DNA of 64,000 nt, from the NCBI GenBank assembly GCA_000091205.1, contig AP006487.2, one strand, 5' to 3'. Source of the DNA: Cyanidioschyzon merolae. Taxonomy: Eukaryota. Position 1 is the first letter of the stretch. Each line of letters opens with the position of its first letter. Under the pieces are notes generated by a model. The model did not search any database. It was given only the letters and a program-made list of their open reading frames with translations, and was not told where the DNA came from. This document shows, in pieces, positions 10,817 to 21,439 of the stretch. Position numbers and translations under genes: made by a program.

Positions 10817-12626
10817 TTCTCAATAGCAAGCGCTCGGACTGCCGTCTATACCATTATTCTAATAGACGATTTCCAAAAACAAGTGGCAGCCACTTTGGAG
10901 CAGCCGCTCTCTATTTAGTACTATCGAGTAGACGATTAACAGTATTCTCCCCTGGTCGGCAATAACATTGTTCCTCGTGCACATTTGTCGCGCTTCTGCC
11001 TCGCTGGGTTGCCGACTATACCGTGGCAGTGCCTCGTTCTTTGAGGGCACCAGATCCAGTATCTTTCGGCCAGTGACTTCCTTTCGTCAGAAGTATTACG
11101 CTATTCTGCACGATTCCATCGCTGAATAAGAAACGATCCGCTCGAAATTTAGCTTAAAATAGAGCCGCTGAACTCTTCGGAAGCATGAGACATTTCTGTA
11201 TGTTAATTAAGGCATTTATGTCTGGATGATGAAAATGCTTGAGCGCATAGTTGCCGGTGGAATCACACCATAGCGAGCCTCCTAAATTCGAGTGCCCTGT
11301 TATCTGAAGATCGGCCAGCCTTCTGTACTGCATAGAGTGCATGCGGCTCTGTTGCAGTATCTGCTCTACTTGTTCTATGTGCATTTGTATTATTAATACG
11401 CACATATCGCACTGAATGCATCGATAAGGATGCTACAGCATCGATTCTTGCACTGGTTGCACGCTCTCGTCGAAAGGACGGGAGCTCGGCGTTTGCACGC
11501 TGAAGCACGTCCAGCGCCAAGGGCTACCACCGAACGACACGATCCGTAGCTTGTTCTCTTTTACGACTTTTTTTCAACAAGTTGCAAACGCATGCTTCTT
11601 CCCTCCGTCTATCCGAGACTCTCGTAAATTCAACGATATATCATGAACGCCTGCTAAGGATCGTCCGCATGATCCATTTTGACGGTCATGCACATCGTGC
11701 ATGAAACTGTACAAAGCATGTTCCTCGCTTCCATACGGCGCCTAGATATTTGAGAATGAGGTCATGACACAGTCGATCCACTTCTTCGGATTTATTTCCG
11801 CATTCAACACGCCCTGCTGTCGATCATACCAAGCTCTGTAAAAGCTGGGCAGCTTCACCTTCTTTCCGTTCTGATCTTTGGCTCCGTCCTGTTTGTTATG
11901 AGGTTCGTGCACGTGACGTTGTTTATTGAACAAGGATCCACACTCACAGAAAAATCTTCCTCTTCGTCCACCTTGAAAGCTTGAGTACCTGTCTCGCTGC
12001 ATGATTCAGGCCTAAGTTTCAAAAGGCACGTGCCGATTGATATCCCGCCGGTCTCCGCCTCCTGTGTGCGACATTCCATTGCCTCATTGTAAAAGAGAAC
12101 GCCTTAAATAACTCCGCAAATGCTGTTTGAGCATTCTTACGATTGCTTCATCCTCGCTGGCAGAGATTAGCCGAGGCTCACCGGGCGGGCCATAGGCTAC
12201 AGAGGACAAGCGTCTACCGTGACATAAAGGCCCTTGGTCTAAGAAAATCGGGAGCAAATCGAATAGAAGTTTGAGAGGGATAGGGCGCTCGCCGACAGGG
12301 CGCAAGTCTGCTGTCTTGCGCGCTGGAGGGCTGTGATTAGGAAAGCGTTCCAGCCCAAGATGCAAGACAAGCTGCTATCAGGTCTCAACTAGCCTTTGGA
12401 TACGAGACAATCGGTCCGAGGCCCAGAGCAGCTTAATATGCTTGGACTCTCCAAAGCGACTCATCCTCTCTGTTCGAGATCTCTGCCGAAGCCGCCGCCA
12501 GCTCGTCATTTGCCCCTTGCCAATGCCACAAGAATCCTTTCTGTGAGTCATTATCTCTCTGGTAAAGTAAGTTCAGCGTTCGTCGCTCAGAAGGTGCGTC
12601 TCCTGGTGCGCTCCGCTTTGATCCGT

Positions 12627-13436
12627 TTATGCATTGGAGATTGGATTGACAATTATTGGCAACCGTGCTGTAGATTCTCTTGATCCCAGACACCGTGACG
12701 TAGCAATGTATTCCGGGAACGGAATGTGCGTATTTCTGATCGTAACAGCGGGGCGTGTTGCACATCGTGTCCAGAGCACCAGTTCTGTTGTCGCTCGAAA
12801 GTTTAATCGATAATTTCTGAAGCACACTGGAGAGCTGGCATCCCAGCGTCCGGGAATCCTACGAAAAGTTGTTGCACGATGTGCGTCAAGGTAAGAGAGG
12901 CTGTGCAAGCCTTCACAGAGTAGAAGCAATGCGATGCTTAATGGAGTCTTGCATCTCACATTTCGTAAGATTCTTTGGTTTATATGGTTTTCTAGGGAGA
13001 TCCCGGCAAATGAATCAGAACCTTTTTTACAGCTCGTAGATTTTTGCGTTTGCGTCCCTCTCCATCCTCTTTTCGAAAGAATCATGCTCTTCTCGGTCGA
13101 GTTCTTTCTTCCCCTTTCTTTTCTTGGGCATTCAAACGCATTGATCGGAAGGAGACACTGAAGCTTAAGTTTTCTATGTGTGCGATTGCTGTGCCTTGAA
13201 TACATTTTATTCACCTTCTCCGTCGCGAGAATGCCCATGGACCGAAGAGCGACTTTCTGCTCTCTACTGCATACGAGCGGATAGGCAACGAAACTGGTAA
13301 GGACTGGAAACAGCAGAAAATACTTGTCATGAGCGGCGTCACCTGTACGAACTATACTTCTATTGGTCCGGAGGCGTAAAATTGACGCTGAACAACGGGA
13401 AAGTCGCATTCGATTCGACTTTACCCAGGAGGACAC
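12627..13436 (-). CDS. Hypothetical protein, no recognisable domain
   Basis: Only a 269-aa ORF with composition close to non-coding sequence. It may be spurious. Confidence 0.2.
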   Translation of the reverse strand: MSSWVKSNRMRLSRCSASILRLRTNRSIVRTGDAAHDKYFLLFPVLTSFVAYPLVCSREQKVALRSMGILATEKVNKMYSRHSNRTHRKLKLQCLLPINAFECPRKERGRKNSTEKSMILSKRGWRGTQTQKSTSCKKGSDSFAGISLENHINQRILRNVRCKTPLSIALLLLCEGLHSLSYLDAHRATTFRRIPGRWDASSPVCFRNYRLNFRATTELVLWTRCATRPAVTIRNTHIPFPEYIATSRCLGSRESTARLPIIVNPISNA

Positions 13437-14350
13437 GGTGGCATGATGATCAGCTCAACGCCACTCTCAGCTGAGCAGTCCTTGACAGATTTGTGTGATG
13501 GAAAGCGATGTCGTCTAATACCAGGAAAGGAGAATGTGGCAAGGAGAAGCCACAAGGAGAACTTCGATGAAGGATGAGATGTCGATCGATCCCATCCGTT
13601 TGACACTTTATAGGGGACCGCGCGAGTAAATCGTAGCAAGGGCTGGCGTTATCGACATTCTCGCTTTCCTCCTCTACACAAACAGTGTTCCGTCCGTGTT
13701 TGAAGGTCCATTTGAACGTCTACTATTTCCACTGAATAATTTCTCATCCAAAGAGGTGAGCACCCGTGCGTCCTGTGGCAAGCGTTCAAGTTCCAGGATG
13801 GAACCAATAAAGCGTTGTTCAACGCGCAACGGTCTCCCATGGGAGCTCGTCAGTTTCTTTGTCCTACCAGTTCCACTCTTCACTATTTTTGTTATACGTA
13901 CGAACTTTTTAAATTCTGTTGCTTGTTTGGTGGTATTTATCAACGAAAGTATGGAGCGCAATGAATAGACAACGAGGAATTCGTGTAAATAGAGTTTAAT
14001 TAGTACTGGTTTGAGTATATTATGCACAAAATAGAGAAAACGAGCAGGGCAGTCCAGCCACCTGCTGACGGTTGCGTAACGGAATTCTACAAATAAGACA
14101 GTCACATTCAGTACAGAGAAGTGACTGCGCACTGTCCTTCTGCAACCGTTCTTAAATCTTAAGGCATCATTCTAATATTAAATACCCACGAGAAATTCAT
14201 ACAAATGCAAAAAGGCCTGCTGGTAATCGCAATTCAGAATTCGCTTTCCTGAGAATAATTGCCACTAAGGTTGACAGCAGTGCGCTTCCTGGACAGAAGT
14301 TCGTCAGGCAGGCATATTGGTCACCAGCAAGCGTTTCGACCAAACCATTA

Positions 14351-15720
14351 TTAGAATAAAATGGAATGGGTCCACTTACCTTATTCTGGCATGTAATCAA
14401 ACTCTCTTGGTCTCTTCCAGTTGTGATCAACAACGGACTTTTCGGAGCCTCCTCAGCAACTGCTTCCTTTTCGTACCTCTTATCTCTTCCATTGAAAACA
14501 CCAGCATCTCGTTTCCTCAAGCTCCGCTATTCACTGGCAAAGGGTGACGACGGCAGCGTGAGCGTCCTCATTTCGCAGCCTCCAGTTGTTTTCCCGTGCA
14601 TTTCATGCGCAGGCGGTAGTTGCCATCTCCGCACCCCTAGCCATGAGCATCTTCTTCTCATACTGCCACGATGTGCCCTGTGCAGCGATGGCGCTCGGCA
14701 GGGGTCGCATGACCCTGTGCGCTCACCCCACCCCTCTTTCGAGGATCGTCCTGTAGCGCGTGAAGGCTTCTTCCATCGTTCGTCACGTGTCCTTGACATG
14801 TAAACAGGGTTCCATGCGATGTCTTTCTCCGTTACAACGCGCCCGGCGCCGTTCCCGAATATCACGAGCTTCTTCTGGACGATCCTCACCGCAAACACAC
14901 CGTACGCACACACGTAGGAGTACGCTGTTCCGTTCGGTGGAGGATTTGTGGAGCGCTTCGTAGTTCACGGTGAAACAAGCACCAGAAGTCAAAAGCAGTC
15001 TGCAGAGCAAGTGGAGATATTTCGAGCCGTCTGCGCTCCCTTCGAGCAATGGAGTGACGCACTCTTTATCAGAGGCGATCGCTGCGATGACTCGAGTCCG
15101 AGTCCAGGGCCATATCCCATCCTGGCAGAAGAGACGGGATCTTCCAGGGGCACGTCCCGTAAAGCATACCATGCCGCTGTAGAATGCCGTCTCGTCGGTG
15201 GCCGCAAAGAGACGGGGATCTGTCTCGCGGGTGGAATCGAAGATTAACTGGTATGAGAAATTCTGTGTTCTCGCAGAAGAAGCTTGTGATGGAGTCGCTA
15301 TGCGGTGACGTCGAGGTTGTTTCTCGTAATCGATCCAGTGGCGCAGCGCGCTGCGTTCTCGAGTTGCACTGGGACAGAAAAATCGAACGTCTGCTGGCTG
15401 CTTGCATTCAGCCTGATACACGTAGGAGAGAGAGAAGAGCAGGGCATCGACGTGTGAATGGACAATAATATAGGTTGCTTTACGAACGGTATTCGCGGGC
15501 GTTGCGTTCCATCTTGATACCGGTGAACTAGGGAAGAAAGCGGAAAGGCGTCGAAGGTGACACTCCGAATAAACTACCGAGAACTCCAGAATTAGATGTA
15601 TATCTGTAAGCACTTTCTGTAGCACTTCGAACGCCGAGTTGGTCAATGTCAAAAGTTCCAGAAAAAGGATCGAATGGCAAGATGAAAGCGAGCAGTTCAC
15701 TGTTCCATTTCATTCTGACA
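14351..15720 (+). mobile_element. Repeat family A copy A3, the best-preserved copy
   Basis: 1370 bp. Termini TTAGAATAAAATGGAATGGGTCCAC ... GTTCCATTTCATTCTGACA form an imperfect TIR of about 20 bp (TYAGAATRAAATGGAAY). The left terminus lies in a 35-nt imperfect palindrome centred on GGGCCC. No target-site duplication is visible. Confidence 0.7.
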
Positions 15721-16560
15721 AGGATTTGGGGCTGTTGGAGAAATATTCGCGAGTGCCACATCAACGGATAGGCATCGGGGTTCACCGCGTGGGAAACGTT
15801 TTCCTGGGACTCCCGAGCGTATACGTGCGGACAGAGCTAGTTTAAGCGTTCTGCTCGGCTGCTCAGTTAGTATGGTTTAACATGAACAAGCACGAGCCTG
15901 CATTATTGTGAGGTTCGACCGTGCAGGGTTACGCTGCCGCACTTGGCCCAAACCCCTCCATATTAAAGTGGCACTCAAACAGCACATGAAGTTACTGTGA
16001 GAGTCCTCAATCTTACGATTCAGAATCCAAAATGACTTGGCAGTAACCAGTAGAACGCTGGCGAGGGATTTAGCAGCTTCAAAGAAACTTAGTCGTCGAG
16101 ACGAGGTGCAGCATCACGGAGCCTGCGAACGGAGCTTTGAAGGATCACACAATATCTATGTTCGCGGGATCCTTAATTTTGCAGCGTAGGTTCTTGACGT
16201 GCTAGACGGAGCATCTGAGGGATATGCCCTCAGATACGAAACAGAGTGCGTTTACCGAGCGACGGCTCTGCCGCTTGAGCAGTGCGACCGGTCCACGAAG
16301 CACCCGGGCTTTATGATTGTAACAGGTATAATACGTTTACCAGAAGCGCATCTTTTTGTCTGCACTATTCAGAGACTTTACTTGTGCTGCCAACACTATT
16401 CTTGCAGTGCCGGGCACGAAAGGTTAGTACAATGAAGCGTGCTGTGGAACGCAGCACAGTAGTGCGCAGTAAAAGAGCATATCTTACCGCAACGCACATG
16501 TGCGTGTGTAGCGCCGTCAGGTCCATCATTAACAAAAACTACTCACTAACTACCAACTAG

Positions 16561-17125
16561 ATACCGAATTCGTTCCCCATCTACTGTAAGCGTTGAGAGG
16601 GGGAAAGCTTTCCGTATTTTCGAAAGTTTACCTTCCAGGCGGAGGATCACGCGAGAAGGACGAGTCTTCTGGGCTTGTGTTTCAAGCTCCTCCCAATGCT
16701 AGGTGATGTGGCGCGACTTGAGTGGCTCGTCCACAACGCAGTTTATTCTAGGACTAGGAGCGGGTATCCTGTGTCTGGACTTCGCCCTAGTCGCGGCGGT
16801 CTCCATGTGTATCACTTTGCACTGCCGCAGGCAGTAGGTCTCTCTGTACAGCTTGCGGGCTTCCAGAATGGTAATGAATCCCGATTCCGTTTCGAGTGGA
16901 CCACGCCTCGAGCCGATGCCCTTAACGGTATGGCAAAGCAGTTCTGTTTCTATGTTGCATCCGCACCTGCGCTATAGCCGCTAAGGCGGGTGCTCACGGC
17001 ATGCTCGGCGCACGATAGAACAACGAAACGACCAGTACATGCGAGAGGAATTATGGGTAATGGAACTTGAAGGTAAGGCGCATCATGGTGGACGCTTTCC
17101 CGAAAGCCAACATGGATCCCACAAT
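16561..17125 (+). repeat. Repeat family D copy D1, with a strongly conserved 3' module
   Basis: Homologous to 47925-48485. The 5' half is about 70-75% identical. The 3' roughly 210 nt (16895-17105) are about 95% identical, including CCGCTAAGGCGGGTGCTCACGGCATGCTCGGCGCACGATAGAACAACGAAACGACCAGTACATGCGAGAGGAATTATGGGTAATGGAACTTGAAGGTAAGG. Confidence 0.6.
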
Positions 17126-17601
17126 AAGCGATCCATGATCAATGTAAACCTTTTGTAAAACAAAAACTGAATGGAGCGTGAAAGAGAGCGCTTCGAACGT
17201 TTGGCCTTTACGAGCGGTTCATTGTCGGGTAGACTCTGCTGATGCCGCATGCGGGCGAACTTTGGTTGATAATCCGAACTAGTTATTTCGCCTGAAAGAA
17301 GTCTATTGCGAGAGTGCATATTCACGAGATCCTCTCGCTCAGAGTCTGTGAACACACAAGCAATCAGTTCCGAGGGAATAGTAACTTCACGTGAAACTCG
17401 ATCCCAGCCGATGGCCTTTTCGATTTGCGCGCAAGAGAGTGGAATCCCATACACTGATGCTAGCGACAAGCTTTTGACCGATACCACTGCCTTGTTTACG
17501 AGTAAGCGGCTGTGAACAATGCATAGCATCGATATTTGAATCCTATTGCAAGCTGATTTCGAAGACGCTTGGCGGCAACGCGGTTCCTGTGGATCCCGCA
17601 A
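17083..17601 (-). CDS. Hypothetical protein
   Basis: 172-aa ORF with no recognised motif. Its C-terminal end overlaps the tail of repeat D1. Confidence 0.2.
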   Translation of the reverse strand: MRDPQEPRCRQASSKSACNRIQISMLCIVHSRLLVNKAVVSVKSLSLASVYGIPLSCAQIEKAIGWDRVSREVTIPSELIACVFTDSEREDLVNMHSRNRLLSGEITSSDYQPKFARMRHQQSLPDNEPLVKAKRSKRSLSRSIQFLFYKRFTLIMDRLLWDPCWLSGKRPP

Positions 17602-18574
17602 CGCGCTATGCCCTGCGGTCGGTAATCAATCATGCGCTACGCTTAGGCAGGTGGGAGAATTTGCAGATTCTAGTGGGGGTTTTCGCTTTCATTATTCCTT
17701 TTCAAACGACTAATTGGGAAATCGCATGCTTCAGCACCTGAATTTGCACCAACTCTGCCCTTGGGCCTCGTTCCACAAGGACGTCCCGCATCGTAACTGG
17801 TGATTTGTTGACCTGTCATCGCGGAGCAAGCGCGAGCTTCCGTTGATCCTCTCGGACGCAATACTCCAAAGGAATCGATTTTCCCACATAAATCCATACA
17901 GGCTACAAATGGAAGAGGCAGCAGCGGCTAGCGTCGCGAAACGCCTGGCCGCAAATGGGATCCTCTCTGTGCGACCCGGAGCAACTGCAGTGCCTGGCCT
18001 ACATATCGCTATGTATCTGACCGACTTGGACGATTGCGTGTCTTCATCGTCGACCCCGAACATAATCCTCAACAAAAAGGATCCACGGCACCGCTTCAAG
18101 AACGCTTCTCATGCCTTTAAGTTTGCACGCTTTCTGGATCCGACACGAGGCAGCATCTCGTTTCGAGCGCAGTGTGTGCATGCAACTACGGGAACTTGTC
18201 CATATTGCACGAAGTGTACAGTGGACAGATGCAACACGCTCTGGCACTAGAGCTGCCGCATCTAAAACGGCGCTGCGCCATTTATGCAGAATTTACGAAA
18301 GCGTAGCATCTCTGTTCGAGATGCATTCTCGAGCCCTTTCGTCCTTCTGATTTTTAACAGGGTATTGGTGTGTAAACATGTGAGGGTTGCATATTCTTGA
18401 CCATGCCATCAAATGAGTCTTCTCGGGTCTCCGTGTTGTTAAAGCAACAGAGGAAGCGACGCTGCTGCAGCGCTCCCATCCTCACGGGTGGCTGCAGTGG
18501 GGCCCAGACATGAAATGATCTGTAGCAATATCCATGATTCTTGATGGCTTCCAAGATATAACCACGCTGGATAC

Positions 18575-19642
18575 CTATTCTTTGATTATGCGCTCCATGC
18601 CGGTACAGAAGCTCTGCTTTGCTTCTGCACTCACAGGCTTACTGCCGAGGAAAATATCATCAATCGCATAACATAGCGCTGGACACGATTCAACATAACC
18701 AACGAGTACGGAGTTCATTTCGATCATTAACGTATTACCTTCATCCAGGATCGCGAAGCGAATCTGCGAGTTTTCCGGAATCTGCCTGATGCCAAGCAAG
18801 TAGTTTTTCAGCTGAGCAAGCTTGGCGCGATCATCAGGCATCTGCAGCTTATTTTTGGCGTACCGCAGCCTTTTGGTCAATCCGCGCTCAAGACCTTGGA
18901 CAACGTGCTTCGCATCAACGCTTCGTATGACATGCATGACGACCGAGTGTCGGAAAGAACGGAATGCATCCCAGAATGCAGTATCAGCGCATATCATCTG
19001 GGCATCCTTGCCGTAGTAGTCCGAAAGCAGAACATTCCTTGCGCCAACTGGATCGACATAGAGGCCCACATAGTAGACCCGGACTAGTCCGAGCATCAGG
19101 CGCACTCCAGAGCCAACGAAAACCTCTTGCGAGGGTATCAGCGTACGCTTAAACAAATCCATCCCATGCGATGTCGACGGCGCCTCGCTTTGTTCATTAG
19201 TTTTAATTCCCCCCAGCTGCGTTTCGAGGGAGATACCCAGCACAGGGGAAGCAGCCGTTGCATCGGGAGCATCCTGGCGCTCGCAGTGCGCACTCGCAGT
19301 CAACAATGTGGCGAGTGTGGCTGAAACCCCCATAAGAGCCAACCAGGGTGCGCCTTGACGCCAAGTCCATACAGCGAATCCATAGGCCGTTGTACTCGTA
19401 GCATCGGCGAAACGGCTCCAGCTGGGTTGAGGCGCTCTTGCTCGCAAAGCTGTAGCTAGGTCTGAAGCCCCCTCCCTCAGTGCGTGCCAGAACCTGTGAT
19501 CATTTTCTTTTTCGCAACCTCGTTGAACAGAGTTTGATCTTACTGTCCAAGGTGCTCCGACAGTTCCCGACAAGCCTGCATTTCTCCGGCGAACGTAGTC
19601 ACGGAGGGGAGTCCATAAAGCCTTAGAGTTTTTGTTTAGCAT
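18575..19642 (-). CDS. Chalcone-isomerase-like (CHI-fold) domain protein, tentative
   Basis: 355-aa ORF. The segment VFVGSGVRLMLGLVRVYYVGLYVD resembles the conserved core of the CHI / fatty-acid-binding CHI-like fold (G.R...G.....Y.VG.Y). Nothing else is recognisable. The N-terminal part is Ala/Thr-rich and presequence-like. Confidence 0.4.
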   Translation of the reverse strand: MLNKNSKALWTPLRDYVRRRNAGLSGTVGAPWTVRSNSVQRGCEKENDHRFWHALREGASDLATALRARAPQPSWSRFADATSTTAYGFAVWTWRQGAPWLALMGVSATLATLLTASAHCERQDAPDATAASPVLGISLETQLGGIKTNEQSEAPSTSHGMDLFKRTLIPSQEVFVGSGVRLMLGLVRVYYVGLYVDPVGARNVLLSDYYGKDAQMICADTAFWDAFRSFRHSVVMHVIRSVDAKHVVQGLERGLTKRLRYAKNKLQMPDDRAKLAQLKNYLLGIRQIPENSQIRFAILDEGNTLMIEMNSVLVGYVESCPALCYAIDDIFLGSKPVSAEAKQSFCTGMERIIKE

Positions 19643-19867
19643 AGCGCGGAGCGATCAAGCTTCCACGAAAGAGAGGCTCACAGCACAAAGACTGCCGCTA
19701 CCAAGGAATCAATCCTTTGTGCCTCCTCCGGCGATAATACGCGATCCAGTGCAGGCCAGACAGCTCTGGGACCAAAACGAATACGACACAAAACTAAACG
19801 AGGGGAACGCTTCCTCTGCAGTGTCCAGCAAAGTTCACTGAAACGAAAATGTCTCACGACTGTAGAG

Positions 19868-21400
19868 TAATTTAGTACCGACGCGCAGGCGGCCCCTAGC
19901 CATCTAGAACAGGCCTCCTGCTAATGGTTCCATTTTCTCCTTGCACACTTCGAGCCTGAGATGCTGCCCCACTAATTTCGATTGCGTCAGCTTCTCGGGC
20001 CTCGTCTTCAGCGCCGTACGTGTCCTTATATCGATAGCAGCGCTGAGGTCTCGATTCACGAACTCTACACAGGCTCTGCTGCAGGTAGCACTTACTTGGG
20101 CAAGGCGTCCTGGAACTCTTGCCGTCTGAGTGGTTTGCTGGCCTGTCAGCTCACCGTGCCTTTCTATCACCGACGCGTTCCGCTGGCGCCTCTCCATCTC
20201 GAGGTTCTGAAGTGTGTACCCCAGGTAAGCTCTTGGGCTTTTTATTTCTTCAAAGTGAACGCACTTGTATATGACCTAAGACAAGTTCTTACCGGAGCGA
20301 CAAGAACTTCTGGAAGAAAGTGGAAGTGTGCGCTTGTGTCACCGTGTGCTGCAAGCTTCAGCGATTTGCTCAATGGAGCGATCTTTACGTTTTACGATAC
20401 TAAACCCTCGTTAGATACTGTTGAACCTCGAAAAGTGTGGAGGAATGAAAATCAGCTCTATCCCGATAGATTTCGCTAAAGCTCAAACGCAAAGGGAATG
20501 TTGAAGTACCACCATGTCCAATACAAGGACGACGCCGACATCAAGGAAAATCCTTCAATGATTAGACAAAGTGGGTGCTGTTGTTTGAGCCTTCCCTACG
20601 AGCGAAACTGATGCTGCCAAACGAATCCAGCGCAGATGGAGCATGCGATGATATCTTCATTCTGTACGAGTTCAATCGTTCATACAGAGGGCTCGCTCTC
20701 CGCGAATACCCATAAACGTTCCGACCGTTTCGTCTGAAGAAAGTCTCATCGACTGCGAAAAACAAACCGACGTCCGTGGATGTCATGCGGATGGCTGAGT
20801 TCCAGCAACGCGGTCGTTGCGATTTCGTTGGAAGATAACCGTACGTGAACTACGATTTTTTGCAATCGTATCCCAGTGTTTTCAGGACCACACGAACTAG
20901 CTGTTGAGAAAGAGAGATGTCAATTGTTGCTACGATTGTTGCTGTTGCCTTCTGTAAAACGTGATCAACGACTCGTTTCCCACCGTTGACCACAAACACG
21001 CTTTGAAAAGATCGGATCTTGGCGGGGGCACATGTTCTTGTTTCTTTCCGTAATACCCGACCATCTGCTTTCTGTGGTACGACTGACCTGTAAGAGGAAT
21101 GCAGTCCCCCTTGCTCTGTTCAGCAAAGAATCTGTCCTTTAAGCAACTCGTCCGCGATCTACAAGGTACATTGCATAGTGATTTCGAACTTCTTCTCTTT
21201 ACTGCGAAATCGCATTCCGTCACACTCAGCGGGAGTGGAAAAAATGAGTTGAAAGACCAATGTGCGGATGCGGATACGATTCGTCGTACATCTTGTGTCA
21301 GCCAGTAGAGCTTTCTTGAGGCTACGTTTTGAAACTGGGACTCCCCCAACGTCTGAGCAACCAGGCTAACTGAGCATAAGTCTGGCAAGAGCCGCTTTGC
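19868..21400 (-). mobile_element. Family F copy F1: decayed Tc1/mariner-like transposon with a TnpB/Fanzor-like C-terminal fragment at its 3' end
   Basis: Minus-strand fragments include ...FFAVDETFFRRNGRNVYGYSRR, the first Tc1 DDE block (compare SDESKF). At 19904-20100 the fragment reads ...TCSRACVEFVNRDLSAAIDI... (CxxC plus a RuvC-III-like D.NAA.NI motif). It ends ...EVCKEKMEPLAGG followed by ...TAAATTAC. It is homologous to F2-F6. Confidence 0.6.
19904..20197 (-). pseudogene. TnpB/Fanzor-like C-terminal fragment (CSRAC plus NRDLSAAIDI) within F1
   Basis: ...RLAQVSATCSRACVEFVNRDLSAAIDIRTRTALKTRPEKLTQSKLVGQHLRLEVCKEKMEPLAGG. A Cys pair immediately precedes the RuvC-III-like motif, as in TnpB (C..CG...DRDxNAAxNI). 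Confidence 0.5.
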
Positions 21401-21439
21401 AGCTTTTAGGGGCGGCTAACCTATGAAGCTCTGTTCAGG

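Noticed and set aside
16895-17105. Conserved D-family module as a spliced-leader RNA, 5S rRNA or snRNA gene
   Set aside because: The GGTAAGG donor-like site and a downstream U-rich element prompted the idea. The sequence does not match any SL (kinetoplastid, euglenid, dinoflagellate/Perkinsus, nematode), 5S or U-snRNA consensus that I can recall. SL genes are usually in tandem arrays. It is kept only as an unclassified candidate ncRNA.
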